Below are positions 15,635-26,322 of a DNA stretch of 30,068 nt, piece after piece (within the stretch, counting starts at the first letter, position 1; each line of letters opens with the position of its first letter). The notes under the pieces are model-generated. The model ran no database searches. It had not been told where the DNA came from and saw only the letters and a program-made list of their open reading frames with translations. The DNA comes from a virus (taxonomy: Duplodnaviria > Caudoviricetes): IMG/VR virus record IMGVR_UViG_3300034060_000102, positions 1 through 30,068 of that record; one strand, written 5' to 3'. Made by a program: the position numbers and the translations under genes.

Positions 15635-16252
15635 ATGAAACTCTTTGTACCCAACCAGATGAACGAGATAAAACTCGTTGACTACCAAAAGTTCATCCGT
15701 CTTGAGGGTGATGATGAGTTCCTTGCTCGCAAGTCATTGGAAATCTTCTGCGGTCTGAAGATGGATGTCATCCTCCAGATGAAAGCCTCAAGCCTTACGA
15801 AGGTGAATAGCATACTGATGAAAGCCTTTAACGAACGCCCTGCCCTAAAGCAGCGTTTCTTTATCGGCAAGCAGGAGTTTGGGTTCATCCCATCCCTTGA
15901 GGAGATTACAGTCGGCGAGCTGAATGATGTCGACCAATACATTTCTGACTGGCCTCAGATGCACAAGGCGATGGCGGTTCTATACCGCCCTGTCGTTTCT
16001 ACGTTTGGTCAGCGTTATGACATCGAAAAGTATGAGGGTTCTGCCAAGTACGCCAACAAAATGCTGGAGATGCCTCTTGACATTACCATAGGTGCGATGC
16101 TTTTTTTTTGGACTTTAGGAAGCGATTTGTCGATGGCTTCCCTGAAATCTTTAGCGATGGAGAATCAGATGAATTTAGCCCCGCTGCACAATTTTCTAAA
16201 AGATGGAATTGGCTTCCCATCTTCTATCAGCTCTCTGGCGGAGACCCTTTGA
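15635..16252 (+). CDS. Putative tail assembly chaperone (G-like)
   Basis: First gene of the tail block; contains a T9 slippery run. Confidence 0.6.
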   Translation: MKLFVPNQMNEIKLVDYQKFIRLEGDDEFLARKSLEIFCGLKMDVILQMKASSLTKVNSILMKAFNERPALKQRFFIGKQEFGFIPSLEEITVGELNDVDQYISDWPQMHKAMAVLYRPVVSTFGQRYDIEKYEGSAKYANKMLEMPLDITIGAMLFFWTLGSDLSMASLKSLAMENQMNLAPLHNFLKDGIGFPSSISSLAETL

Positions 16253-16365
16253 AGTTTGACCAAGTATCCGAAATGTCAGCATCCTTTGCATTCACCTACC
16301 TCACCTTTGACAAAGACCGACTAGAAACAGAAAGCAAGATTCTGCAAAAACAACTAAAACGATGA
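16102..16365 (+). CDS. -1 frameshift extension (GT-like) of the 15635 gene
   Basis: T-TTT-TTT heptamer 16102-16108; -1 frame open to 16365 and coupled by ATGA to the next gene. Confidence 0.7.
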   Translation, partial: FFLDFRKRFVDGFPEIFSDGESDEFSPAAQFSKRWNWLPIFYQLSGGDPLKFDQVSEMSASFAFTYLTFDKDRLETESKILQKQLKR

Positions 16366-16829
16366 GACAATTCTACGACATCACCACCAAGCTGAAAGAT
16401 ACCCTTGACGCTCATAGCCAAGTAAACGTAGTGACGTTTGGCGATGTGTTTGATGTGGACTTAAACAAGCAGACCATCTTTCCTTTAGCTCACATTATGA
16501 TTAACCAAGCCTCCTTCGAGGGGCAGGTAGTTCGGATGAGCGTCAGCCTTATCTGTATGGATGTAATTGATGAGACCAAAGAAAACCCTCGCACCCAAGC
16601 AGAGCCGTTCTACGGAACGAGCAACGTACAAGACATCCTAAACACGCAGCTTGCGGTAATCAACGACGTGGTGCAGGAACTCCGCAGGGGACAGTTGTAC
16701 TCGGAACTTTATCAGCTAGATGGCAACCCAACGTGCCTACCTTTTACCGAGAGGTTCGAGAACCTGCTTGCTGGGTGGACTGCCACGTTTGACGTGCTGC
16801 TTGCTAACACAGAAATCAGCGTCTGCTAA
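16362..16829 (+). CDS. Putative tail terminator/completion protein
   Basis: Size, 'FPLAHI' motif and position in the tail block. Confidence 0.55.
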   Translation: MRQFYDITTKLKDTLDAHSQVNVVTFGDVFDVDLNKQTIFPLAHIMINQASFEGQVVRMSVSLICMDVIDETKENPRTQAEPFYGTSNVQDILNTQLAVINDVVQELRRGQLYSELYQLDGNPTCLPFTERFENLLAGWTATFDVLLANTEISVC

Positions 16830-17381
16830 ATGCAAGTCCGTCAAGATTTGGTAAAGGCAAGCCTTGAAAAGTTTGCGAAAGGCGTTGTCCAACAGGCGAA
16901 GTCAAATCTAACGCGCAACAAAAAGAACGTAACTGGCACCCTTTACAACTCATTGCAGTATGAGATAGAGGCAAACCCCAACTCCCTTGCGCTTCATTGG
17001 AAGATGGATAAGCTTGCGCCGTACTGGAAGTTCCAAGACTATGGTGTGCAGGGTAAGTCTTCAAATTCAAAGGCACCCAATAGCCCTTTTAAGTTCGGGA
17101 AAAGTAGCGGCAGTATGCAGGGCGGCTTGTCTCGGGCCATAGAGAAATGGGTTGCAGCTAGAAAGTTTCAGTTTAGGGACAAGAAAGGTAGGTTCTTGAG
17201 TTACGACGCAACTGCATTTCTTGTAAGCCGCAGCATCTACAACAAGGGTATAAAGACCACGAGCTTCTTTACCCGCCCATTTCAGTTAAAGTTTGAACAG
17301 TTACCAGAGGAGCTTGCGTTGGCATACGCTCTAGAGTTATCGGACTTCTTACGCTTCACATTGCAAAACCAAAAAGAATGA
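16830..17381 (+). CDS. Putative neck/tail completion protein (HK97 gp10-like)
   Basis: Basic; TGTLYNSL, YWKFQDYG, FFTRP motifs. Confidence 0.55.
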   Translation: MQVRQDLVKASLEKFAKGVVQQAKSNLTRNKKNVTGTLYNSLQYEIEANPNSLALHWKMDKLAPYWKFQDYGVQGKSSNSKAPNSPFKFGKSSGSMQGGLSRAIEKWVAARKFQFRDKKGRFLSYDATAFLVSRSIYNKGIKTTSFFTRPFQLKFEQLPEELALAYALELSDFLRFTLQNQKE

Positions 17382-18643
17382 GTACACCAGTATCAGCACT
17401 ACCTGCCAGCTTAGCGCAAGCTCGTAGCCCTTTATTTGTAACGATAAAAAACAATACGCTACTAGATGATGCGCTCTACTCTGTGGATTTAGCTATTTCT
17501 ACCTATACAGGGGCGCAAACGCCCACAACAGGCGAAACGATATACAACCTATCAAAGTCCTACTCTATAAATCAAGTGATAAACTTTGAGGTTTCTGATT
17601 TGGTGCGGGAGCGTTTCTTGCACCCATTTGGCAAAACATTTATCACCGCACCAAGCACATCAGAAACGGGCGAGGGGTTGTGGGTACGCCGCGCAGCCAA
17701 CTATGAGTACAGTGACAATGGCGCCGCCCCCCAAAGCGGCTCAACAGGAATTTCTTACTTCTTTGTTTTAGATGGATATAAGTCATTGGGTCAGCAGCAG
17801 AATACTGGAGTAACGCAGCCCAACCTATTCACAAATCGCCCAATGCAGGTGCTTGCGGGAAACTACCAATCGCTGCCAGTATCATACAACACCACAAGTG
17901 GAGTCAATGGTTTCAGTATTGAAATCAATGGATCAGAATACTGGTTCTCTTTGAAGGATGAGCTGGGCTATGCGAACACTACGCTTGTCTCTACGCAGCG
18001 TGTTATATACATTCCCTCTGGAGTTGCTAACATAGCAGCATTTTTAGGAATCACACCAACAGACAACTACACCATCAACCTGCTTGTCAATAGCGAAGCA
18101 ATCGCCTATAATGACAGGGTGAAGACTGATGGAGGGGTAGTAGAGGGACTTAACTGCCTACGCGAAGCCCTTGAGGCATTAGGTGAGGTAGATGACAAGA
18201 CCGCAGTAGACTTTGAAGTTATCTGCGAGCCGAAGTATGACCCATACCTTGTGCAGTTCGTGAACAAGTTTGGGATGAGCGACTACATTACGTTCTTTAA
18301 GAAGTCCACCGAGCAGGGTAACTTCACGCAAGACCAATACCAAAAGAGCATCTATGCGGATGGCTTTACCGATGTGAACTATAACAACGGCAAATATCAA
18401 TCTTTCAATATCAACTCACGCAATACCATAACGCTAAACACAGGCTTTGTAGATGAGTCATATGGCGAGATAGTAGAGGAGATTCTTATGAGCGAGAAAG
18501 TGGCAGTCTACCAAGACGGCCAATGGGTAGCGATCGCTCCCAATCGTGGAAGCGTGGATTACCTAAAGTCGGTAAATGACAAGACCATTAACTACACGAT
18601 GGCTTTCACCTACGCCTTTGACCAGCGGATGCTTGTACGATGA
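17378..18643 (+). CDS. Virion structural protein (tail tip/baseplate)
   Basis: 421 aa, beta-rich, FVNKFG..D, LNTGFV; tail block. Confidence 0.65.
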   Translation: MSTPVSALPASLAQARSPLFVTIKNNTLLDDALYSVDLAISTYTGAQTPTTGETIYNLSKSYSINQVINFEVSDLVRERFLHPFGKTFITAPSTSETGEGLWVRRAANYEYSDNGAAPQSGSTGISYFFVLDGYKSLGQQQNTGVTQPNLFTNRPMQVLAGNYQSLPVSYNTTSGVNGFSIEINGSEYWFSLKDELGYANTTLVSTQRVIYIPSGVANIAAFLGITPTDNYTINLLVNSEAIAYNDRVKTDGGVVEGLNCLREALEALGEVDDKTAVDFEVICEPKYDPYLVQFVNKFGMSDYITFFKKSTEQGNFTQDQYQKSIYADGFTDVNYNNGKYQSFNINSRNTITLNTGFVDESYGEIVEEILMSEKVAVYQDGQWVAIAPNRGSVDYLKSVNDKTINYTMAFTYAFDQRMLVR

Positions 18644-20661
18644 ACAAGGTTGATATTTACGTTAACGATGTGCGCTTGGATATATTCCAAGATGAGGAGA
18701 TCAGCATCAACCTATCTGTGCAGAACGTACAGGACATCTCAAAGGTGTTTACGGACTTCACGCAAGCCTTTACGGTTCCCGCTAGTGCAACGAACAACGG
18801 AGTCTTTAGTTACTACTACCGAAACGATGTGGTAGGTGGTTTTGATGGCAGGCTAAGAGCATCAGCAAGAATCGAGATAAACTCCCTGCCATTCCGCACG
18901 GGGGTCGTAGAGCTAGAGAACGTGCAGTTGAAAGGCACGGAAGCGTATGCTTACTCGCTAACTTTCTATGGGGATGTGGTAACGCTTACCGACTTATTTG
19001 GCGAGGACTATTTATATGACGTTGACTTCAGTATGCTCGACCACCCCTATACTGATACCCAAATCTATGATATGCTCACTACTAACGGCTATGAGCCTTT
19101 GTTTTACCCTTTAATGAGTCCTGTTAAGAATTGGTACTATCAAAGCGCTGCTGGTGCAGGCGCTAACAACGAAAACAATATAGCAATCAATAATGATGGT
19201 GGCGGGCAAGGTAATCGCGGAATCCGTTACTTTGAGCTAAAGCCTGCCCTAAAGGTTTATGCTGTTTTAGAACTCATCGCAATAAATTACGGGATTACAT
19301 TCACAGGTGATTTTCTAGGCTCCGTGCCATTTCAAGACCTGTCGTTATGGCTGCACCGATTTGAAGGGTATCTATTTGCAGGGGGCAATGATATTGAATG
19401 GCAGTTAATAAATATGAACAGAAATACAGGTAGCGGTTCGCAGTTTAATCTAACAACCGATACTTGGAATGTTGCAGATAGCGATGGGTATTACCTCAAT
19501 ATCACAATGAACAATGTGAATGAAAATTATGAGCTTGGCGCATCTACTAATGGAGTTTTTTATAGTGTTGCTAAAGTAAATGCACACGCATCATCATCAG
19601 TTACAACTGTATTAAATGTGTTTGTAAACACGGGTGACCAAGTGCAACTATACATACGTCCACAATCCCCAACTGCATTTAACTATCAATGTACTAATTA
19701 TGAAGCCTTAGAAATAGAATTTAGCGTTGAGGCATTTGAAGTAGACCAAACAACGGCCGTAACCTATTCCTTTCAAGTGGTGGTGCAAGACCTTATGCCC
19801 GAAATAAAGGTCAAAGACTTCTTGGCAGGGATTCTGAAAATGTACAATATGGTAATCGTGCCGACTACATCTACGAGCTTCTTGCTTCAGCCTTTGAATG
19901 ATTGGTACGCAGCAGGAAGCGACAAAGACTACCAAGAGTATTTAGACATCACCGAGTATGTGGTGAACCGCCCACCCCTATACAGGGAGATTGAATTTAA
20001 GTATCAGCCGACAGAGCAGATACTCGGTTTCCAATACCAACAGACAAACAATGTAGGATTTGGGGATTTGAACACAAACTTTGACTTTGACGGCGAGGAG
20101 TTGCTTATTGAAGTGCCGTTTGAATGTCCGCTATATGAGAGGCTAACTGACCTGCATACAGATACCCTTACCAACGTACTCGTTTACAAAAGCATCACAA
20201 GTGAGGCCAACGAGGATGGTACATTCAATCCATACTTGGGTGCGCCGATTTTGTTCTACGGATATTTTGATGACTACGACTTAAGTGCAAACCCAATAGG
20301 ATTTGTAAATGCAGACAATAGTCACTCGCAAGTTGACACTGCTTGGTATTCTAATACCTCAAACCGATATGCTAGCGCAGGAGCCTCGCATTCTATTTGC
20401 TTTGGCGCGGATATAGACCCGTTCCACCTGCAATCGGTAAACCGAAGCCTTTACAACACCGAGTGGGCAAACTACATTACCGACCTTTATTCTTCGCAGC
20501 GCAGGGTTTACAACGTGGAAGCGGTGTTGCCCATCGGCAAGATCATATCGTTGAACCTTCAGAATGCAATCATTTGGAACGGCACGAAGTACATCATAAA
20601 CAACGTCAGCCTAAATATGACCACAGGCAAAGCATCATTTGAACTCCTCAACGTAGTATGA
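18640..20661 (+). CDS. Tail tip/baseplate hub protein
   Basis: 673 aa; LDIF.DE.I, FTVPASATNN N-terminus typical of tail proteins. Confidence 0.7.
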   Translation: MNKVDIYVNDVRLDIFQDEEISINLSVQNVQDISKVFTDFTQAFTVPASATNNGVFSYYYRNDVVGGFDGRLRASARIEINSLPFRTGVVELENVQLKGTEAYAYSLTFYGDVVTLTDLFGEDYLYDVDFSMLDHPYTDTQIYDMLTTNGYEPLFYPLMSPVKNWYYQSAAGAGANNENNIAINNDGGGQGNRGIRYFELKPALKVYAVLELIAINYGITFTGDFLGSVPFQDLSLWLHRFEGYLFAGGNDIEWQLINMNRNTGSGSQFNLTTDTWNVADSDGYYLNITMNNVNENYELGASTNGVFYSVAKVNAHASSSVTTVLNVFVNTGDQVQLYIRPQSPTAFNYQCTNYEALEIEFSVEAFEVDQTTAVTYSFQVVVQDLMPEIKVKDFLAGILKMYNMVIVPTTSTSFLLQPLNDWYAAGSDKDYQEYLDITEYVVNRPPLYREIEFKYQPTEQILGFQYQQTNNVGFGDLNTNFDFDGEELLIEVPFECPLYERLTDLHTDTLTNVLVYKSITSEANEDGTFNPYLGAPILFYGYFDDYDLSANPIGFVNADNSHSQVDTAWYSNTSNRYASAGASHSICFGADIDPFHLQSVNRSLYNTEWANYITDLYSSQRRVYNVEAVLPIGKIISLNLQNAIIWNGTKYIINNVSLNMTTGKASFELLNVV

Positions 20662-20816
20662 CAAAAGGATATATTGGTTATTTAATAGACCTGCTTCAGT
20701 CGGAGGACTGGATAGGTGTGAGCGATAACGTAGAAATAGCAAAAGGCAAATACCACATACCAAGTAATTGGCAGGACACCAAAAAGATAATTAGAAGGAG
20801 ATGGCTCAAGAAATAA
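20658..20816 (+). CDS. Small protein (52 aa, not in ORF track)
   Basis: MTKGYIGYLIDLLQSEDWIGVSDNVEIAKGKYHIPSNWQDTKKIIRRRWLKK; overlaps both neighbours. Confidence 0.65.
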   Translation: MTKGYIGYLIDLLQSEDWIGVSDNVEIAKGKYHIPSNWQDTKKIIRRRWLKK

Positions 20817-22405
20817 CGATTGACATCAACATTGTCACCAACGCTGCTCCTGCTGCTGCTAAAATCAGTAAAGAGCTTGATGGTGTAAAGCGTAAGGCTA
20901 AAGAGGTCAAGGATGATTTAGACGCAGCCTTTAATGATACGGGCAAGGAGGAGAGTAAAATCAAGAAGGGCGCAGCAGATGTTGAAACCCTAAAGAATGC
21001 GTTATCGCCAGTAAAGGGACTTGTAAACGACCTTACGGGCGGAATGTCGGATGCTTTCTTCCAAGCCTTCCAATCGGTAAAAGCAACAACGGGAGCAATA
21101 AAAGGTCTTGACCTTGCGTTCAAGACTGCTGCGTTTGGTATTGCTATTTTGGCAATCCAAGAGGCCATTAAGCTATATGACCAACTCGTTGTAAGCGAAG
21201 AAGAAGAAGCGGCAGCGTTAAAAGCAGCAAGCGATGCAAAGAAGGCCTACAACGATGCAACTCTTGCCGCTGCTGATGCCCTTGACAAAGAGCGCAAGGC
21301 TCGTTCGGGTGGCGCTAATGAACTACGGCGTGAGATAGCAGAGCTTGAAGCATCGGGTGCTACGGCAGATGAAATATACCAAAAGAAAAAGAAACTAATT
21401 GAACAAGAAGGATATGACCTTCAAGCAAGGTTGGCGGGTATAACAGGTGATGCAAAAACCGAAATGGATGTTCAGCAGGCTATTCTTGACAATGACTCTG
21501 CGCTCCGCGCGCTTGATGCAGCCGATAGAAAGCGAGTTAGGGACTCAAAGGCTGCAGACGCAATAAAGGCAAAGGCTGAAAGGGAGAAGGAACGTCAAGA
21601 GGAGTTTACTCGCCTCAATGAAATAAACCAACGCATTGAGAAGGATAGGCAGCTTATGGAGGATGCTACCGCAACCACCAATGCAGCAATTAGTAAGCAG
21701 GGCGATTTTAGCATTGAACAATTAGAGTTCTATCAAAACCAACTTGAAGAAATAGGTGATGAAGAAGCTTGGGCGCTTGAAGAACGTCGAATCAGAACTG
21801 ACCGAGCAAATCGGGCCGACCTCGACGCGGCCGAGAGAGTCAATAAAGAGAAGTTAGCCAAAGAGAAGGCATATCGCCAACAACTTCAAGACCTCGCCAC
21901 CGATTCAGCTCTTGGGACTATCTCTGCGTTAAAAGAACTAAACTCTATTTTTGATGCCGATAACGAAGAAGCAGCAAAAAAATCATTCAATAGAAACAAA
22001 GCTTTAAGTATTGTTGAAACGCTTATCACCACATTTACCGCAGCGCAAAAGGCTTACGCATCACAGTTGATTGTTGGTGACCCCACCTCCATAGTTAGGG
22101 CGCAAATTGCAGCAGGTGTAGCCGTAGCAGGTGGCCTTGCCCGTGTAGCGGCAATATCCGCAACAAAGTTTAATTCGGGTGCAGCAGCCCCAACTGCCCC
22201 ATCTGCAAGTGGCGCAGCAGGCGGTGGGGGTGGCAGCGTTCCTGCACCTCAATTTAACATCGTAGGTCAGAGTGGTACTAACCAACTCGCACAGGGTATC
22301 GGAAGCCAGTTTAGTCAACCAGTCCGTGCTTACGTTGTGGGTGGTGACGTAACGACCTCACAACAACTACAACGCCAACGGGTACGCACCGCAACATTCG
22401 GATAA
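20801..22405 (+). CDS. Tape measure-like protein
   Basis: 534 aa, Ala/Glu/Lys-rich helical, with hydrophobic segments. Confidence 0.7.
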   Translation: MAQEITIDINIVTNAAPAAAKISKELDGVKRKAKEVKDDLDAAFNDTGKEESKIKKGAADVETLKNALSPVKGLVNDLTGGMSDAFFQAFQSVKATTGAIKGLDLAFKTAAFGIAILAIQEAIKLYDQLVVSEEEEAAALKAASDAKKAYNDATLAAADALDKERKARSGGANELRREIAELEASGATADEIYQKKKKLIEQEGYDLQARLAGITGDAKTEMDVQQAILDNDSALRALDAADRKRVRDSKAADAIKAKAEREKERQEEFTRLNEINQRIEKDRQLMEDATATTNAAISKQGDFSIEQLEFYQNQLEEIGDEEAWALEERRIRTDRANRADLDAAERVNKEKLAKEKAYRQQLQDLATDSALGTISALKELNSIFDADNEEAAKKSFNRNKALSIVETLITTFTAAQKAYASQLIVGDPTSIVRAQIAAGVAVAGGLARVAAISATKFNSGAAAPTAPSASGAAGGGGGSVPAPQFNIVGQSGTNQLAQGIGSQFSQPVRAYVVGGDVTTSQQLQRQRVRTATFG

Positions 22406-22406
22406 T

Positions 22407-23339
22407 ATGAAACTGATAGAACTTATTTTAGATGAAACGATGCTGCTCACAGGCATCGATGCAATTAGCCTAGTGGAGCATCCTGCTATCGAGGAGGACT
22501 TTATTGCTCTAAACTCCCAGAAGCGTGAGGTTTTTGCGATGCAAAACCAAGAGAAGCAGTTGCTGATGGGCGCAGCCCTTATCCCCGACAAGCCAATCTA
22601 CCGCACCGATGGTGAGAACGAGTACTATGTGTACTTTTCCAAAGACACAATCCGCAAAGCGATGGAGTTGTTCTTCAAAAATGGCTACCAAAACAACGCT
22701 ACCATCGAACACGACTACGATGTGAAGGGTACTACGATTGTAGAATCTTGGATTATCGAAGACGCAACGATGGATAAGAGCAGGGCTTATGGCCTTGACT
22801 TGCCCGTAGGCACTTGGATGGTGTCTATGAAGATAGAAAACGATGCCCTCTGGCAGCGCGTTAAGGGTGGTGAGTTTCGTGGATTCTCTATTGAGGGATA
22901 CTTCGTTGACAAGATAAACCTATCCAAGCAGGAGCTAGAGATTATCGAGGAGCAAGAAGCAGCGTTGATGCTTTCGCAAATAATCGCTATCATAAAAAGG
23001 GATGGTCGTAAGAAGTCGGGAACACGCACCGAGCTGGAGGCATACTCTGACTACCCCGATTCGGTAAAGAACAACGCCAAGCGTGGCATTGAACTCAACG
23101 AAAAGAACGGCAACAAGTGCGCCACCGCCGTAGGCAAGGTGAGGGCGCAGCAGCTCGCACAGGGCAGGGCTTTGTCGGTAGAGACAATCACACGGATGTA
23201 CTCATACTTATCAAGAGCCGAAGAATACTACGATGAGAATGACACGCAAGCCTGTGGCACCATCAGCTACTTGTTGTGGGGCGGATTGGCTGCAAAGCGT
23301 TGGGCTGAATCTAAACTGAAAGAACTCGGTAAATTATGA
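22407..23339 (+). CDS. XkdF-like prohead protease with extra C-terminal domain
   Basis: ISLVEHPAIE, ALIPD, IEH, VESWI, GTW, GFSIEG. Confidence 0.8.
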   Translation: MKLIELILDETMLLTGIDAISLVEHPAIEEDFIALNSQKREVFAMQNQEKQLLMGAALIPDKPIYRTDGENEYYVYFSKDTIRKAMELFFKNGYQNNATIEHDYDVKGTTIVESWIIEDATMDKSRAYGLDLPVGTWMVSMKIENDALWQRVKGGEFRGFSIEGYFVDKINLSKQELEIIEEQEAALMLSQIIAIIKRDGRKKSGTRTELEAYSDYPDSVKNNAKRGIELNEKNGNKCATAVGKVRAQQLAQGRALSVETITRMYSYLSRAEEYYDENDTQACGTISYLLWGGLAAKRWAESKLKELGKL

Positions 23340-23965
23340 CCACGACACTAAATTCATCCATCAAGGTTCAGACCGATGTCAGCACCGATGCTGAGCGTTT
23401 GACATACGCTATTGAAGAAGGCTCTATTGTGCAAACCGAAACGGGCTATTGGATTGTGCGTAGCGGTGCGTGGGTGAATCTAAACTCAAGCAATGCACAG
23501 GGACTTGGTTGGGTGCGTTGGGATGACGACCAATATACCTCAAGCAACAAGCTCACGTTCGCTGATGGCGTGGCTGCTTTGCTGCCGAACAACGGAGCAA
23601 CAATCACATCATACCTAAACACGCCTTCTGATTTGTACAACCCTACCACAGGGCGTGTGTACGGCATCGCAGAGAACGACACCTACATCGCAACGGTGGT
23701 GTTCAAAGCAAGCGCAGCAAACGCTCAACAAACCTATGGAGAGTTGCGCCTTGAGGGCGGAAACGGAACTCCCTACGAGCGTTTGGCATCAACAATCGCA
23801 TTCCCAAGAGGCAACGATGTAGAGCATCCGTTTCATAACGTATTCCAATACTACGTTGACGAGGACTTCGTGACCAACGGAAACTATTGGCAGCTCACGG
23901 CAGTCGGTGGTGCTATCCTCGTTTGGGACATTATCCTATTCATCCAAAGAACGCAATCACGATGA
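23336..23965 (+). CDS. Hypothetical virion protein (beta-rich)
   Basis: 209-aa coupled ORF in the head block. Confidence 0.65.
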   Translation: MTTTLNSSIKVQTDVSTDAERLTYAIEEGSIVQTETGYWIVRSGAWVNLNSSNAQGLGWVRWDDDQYTSSNKLTFADGVAALLPNNGATITSYLNTPSDLYNPTTGRVYGIAENDTYIATVVFKASAANAQQTYGELRLEGGNGTPYERLASTIAFPRGNDVEHPFHNVFQYYVDEDFVTNGNYWQLTAVGGAILVWDIILFIQRTQSR

Positions 23966-24123
23966 TTCGCAGACAAAAACTACCTGTAGCCTCACCACGA
24001 GGCGGCAACAGAGGATGCCTCTGCCCAGATGACACATACTCACGCAAGTGCTGCGATGGATCGCTTCCTGCTCAAGGAATCGGCTCTTTGGTAGGGCAAG
24101 GTGATGTAGTCATCAATCCTTAA
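23962..24123 (+). CDS. Small Cys-rich protein (53 aa)
   Basis: SPRGG.RGCLC.D.TYSRKCCDGSL.AQGIG; ATGA coupling. Confidence 0.7.
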   Translation: MIRRQKLPVASPRGGNRGCLCPDDTYSRKCCDGSLPAQGIGSLVGQGDVVINP

Positions 24124-24162
24124 AAATGTTACAAATAACCAAAACCCTTTTAATTAGTTAGT

Positions 24163-24735
24163 ATGAAAGCAAATTCCATTCTGAATAGAATCCTTGCCGA
24201 ACTTGCATCCGTAAGGAACGTAAGCTTAGCAACAATGAACCTTGAGAACGGTGCCGTTCTTGAGGCTGAAGCCTTTGAAGCAGGCAATGAAGTATTTATC
24301 CTTAGCGGAGAAGACCGAGTTGCAGCTCCAGTTGGCGAACACCTTTTAGAGGATGGCCGCATTTTGGTCATCACCGAAGAAGGCGTAATCGCTGAAATTA
24401 AAGAAGCCCCTGCCGCTGCTGAAGTAGCAGTAGAGGTTGAAGTACCTACTGAACTTGCCGATATGGAAGTGGTAGAAGAAGCTCCTGCGGTCGTAGCAAT
24501 CATCGAGAAAGTTCTTGAGGAGATTGCAATGATGCGTGAGGAGATGAAAGGAATGCGTGAGGAGATGGGCGGTTACGCCAAGAAGGAGGAGATGGCTGCG
24601 GTTAAAGCAGAACTATCTGCCGCACCTGCTGCGAAAGCCATCAAGCACAACCCCGAAACAAAGCAAGTCCAAAAGATGAGTTCAAACCGTCCCGAAAAGA
24701 CTATTGACCGAGTCCTTGCACGAATGAATAAATAA
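24163..24735 (+). CDS. Capsid scaffolding protein
   Basis: Acidic, coiled coil, directly before the major capsid gene. Confidence 0.7.
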   Translation: MKANSILNRILAELASVRNVSLATMNLENGAVLEAEAFEAGNEVFILSGEDRVAAPVGEHLLEDGRILVITEEGVIAEIKEAPAAAEVAVEVEVPTELADMEVVEEAPAVVAIIEKVLEEIAMMREEMKGMREEMGGYAKKEEMAAVKAELSAAPAAKAIKHNPETKQVQKMSSNRPEKTIDRVLARMNK

Positions 24736-24745
24736 CAAATAAACA

Positions 24746-25672
24746 ATGGCTACAACTACTTCAATCACTACTTCGTACGCTGGTCAATTTGCCAGCAAGT
24801 ACATCTCTGCTGCTCTTTTGAGCGCAGACACGCTTGACAAAGGTCTTATCGAGATCCTTCCAAACGTAAACTACCGCACCACCCTTCAGAAGGTGAACAC
24901 TAACGACATCGTAAAAGATGCCACTTGTGATTTTGATGCAACTTCTACCTTGACTTTGACCGACCGCATCCTTGAGGTTGAGCCATTCCAAGTAAACTTG
25001 CAACTTTGCAAGAAGGACTACTACGATTCTTGGATTGGTGGTCAAATGGGCTTCTCTGCTTACGATAGCATCCCCGCTTCTTTCGCCGACTTCCTTATCG
25101 CCCACGTTGCTTCAAAGACTGCCCAAAAGATTGAGCAGAACATTTGGAACGGTACTGCTGCAAGTGCAGGAGAATTTAGCGGATTCCTTTCATTGATGAC
25201 TGCTGACTCAGACGTTATTGACGTAACTGCTACCACTGTAACTGCTGCAAACGTAATCGCAGAGCTTGGTAAAGTTGTAGACGCCATCCCTTCTGCCCTT
25301 TACGGCAAGGAGGACTTGACTATCTACGTTCCACAAAACGTAGCAAAGGCTTATGTCCGTGCGCTTGGTGGATTCGGAACTTCAGGTCTTGGAGCAAATG
25401 GTGTTGACAACAAAGGCACTACTTGGTACGGCAACGGAGACTTGTTCTTCGATGGTATCCGTGTTGCTATGGCCAACGGTCTTCCTTCTAACAAGATGGT
25501 AGCTGCTCAGACTTCAAACCTATTCTTCGGAACAGGTCTTCTGAACGAGCGTAACGAAGTTCGCGTTCTTGATATGGCTGACCTTGACGGATCAGACAAC
25601 ATCCGCGTTATCCTACGCTTCTTCGCAGGAGTTCAGTACGGTATCGGTTCTGACGTCGTTCTGTACTCTTAA
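24746..25672 (+). CDS. Major capsid protein
   Basis: 308 aa after protease and scaffold; IWNG..GEF.G motif; biased codon use; followed by a terminator. Confidence 0.85.
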   Translation: MATTTSITTSYAGQFASKYISAALLSADTLDKGLIEILPNVNYRTTLQKVNTNDIVKDATCDFDATSTLTLTDRILEVEPFQVNLQLCKKDYYDSWIGGQMGFSAYDSIPASFADFLIAHVASKTAQKIEQNIWNGTAASAGEFSGFLSLMTADSDVIDVTATTVTAANVIAELGKVVDAIPSALYGKEDLTIYVPQNVAKAYVRALGGFGTSGLGANGVDNKGTTWYGNGDLFFDGIRVAMANGLPSNKMVAAQTSNLFFGTGLLNERNEVRVLDMADLDGSDNIRVILRFFAGVQYGIGSDVVLYS

Positions 25673-25693
25673 TCCGAGTTAACGTAAATAAAC

Positions 25694-25727
25694 GGGGGGC
25701 TTGGGCTATGTCCTCGCCCCCTTTTTT
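25694..25727 (+). terminator. Rho-independent terminator after the capsid gene
   Basis: GGGGGC...GCCCCC followed by T6. Confidence 0.85.
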
Positions 25728-25750
25728 AATTCTAATAAAACAAAGAAACA

Positions 25751-26299
25751 ATGGCTTGTGATTTAACTAAAGGCAGGGCAGTACCCTGTAAAGACGTAGT
25801 AGGTGGCATTTATGCCGTGTACTTTGTAGACTTCGGTGACTTGGGTACTGTTACCCTCACCAACGATGAGATTACCAACATCAGTGGTACTTTCTCTGCT
25901 TACCAATATCTTGTAAAAGGCAATAGCTCTTTTGAGCAAACCTTTAACTCAAGCCGTGAGAATGGCACTACCTTCTTCACGCAAACTTTGAATTTGACGT
26001 TGACCAAACTCACAAAGGAGGACAACAAAGAATTGAAGCTGCTTGCTTATGGCCGCCCTTATGTGGTGGTACAAGACTACAACGGCAACGCCTTTATGAT
26101 GGGTCTGAACTACGGAGCCGAAGTAACAGGTGGAACGATTGTAACTGGTGCTGCAATGGGTGACCTTTCTGGCTATACCTTGACAATGGAGGCACAGGAG
26201 CAACTTCCTGCCAACTTCATCGCAGGTGCTACCGTTGCCAATCCATTCGCAGGACTTGCAGGTGCTAACGACACGATTGTAGTGGGTTCAAACTCGTAA
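25751..26299 (+). CDS. Major tail tube protein (putative)
   Basis: MAC.LT.GR..PCKD.VGGI; 182 aa, beta-rich; followed by a terminator. Confidence 0.7.
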   Translation: MACDLTKGRAVPCKDVVGGIYAVYFVDFGDLGTVTLTNDEITNISGTFSAYQYLVKGNSSFEQTFNSSRENGTTFFTQTLNLTLTKLTKEDNKELKLLAYGRPYVVVQDYNGNAFMMGLNYGAEVTGGTIVTGAAMGDLSGYTLTMEAQEQLPANFIAGATVANPFAGLAGANDTIVVGSNS

Positions 26300-26322
26300 T
26301 CTACCGCAAGGCAGAATAGTTG

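Noticed and set aside
26301-26314. Small GCAA-loop hairpin before the terminator as a separate ncRNA
   Set aside because: The stem is too short to support a call beyond the terminator.
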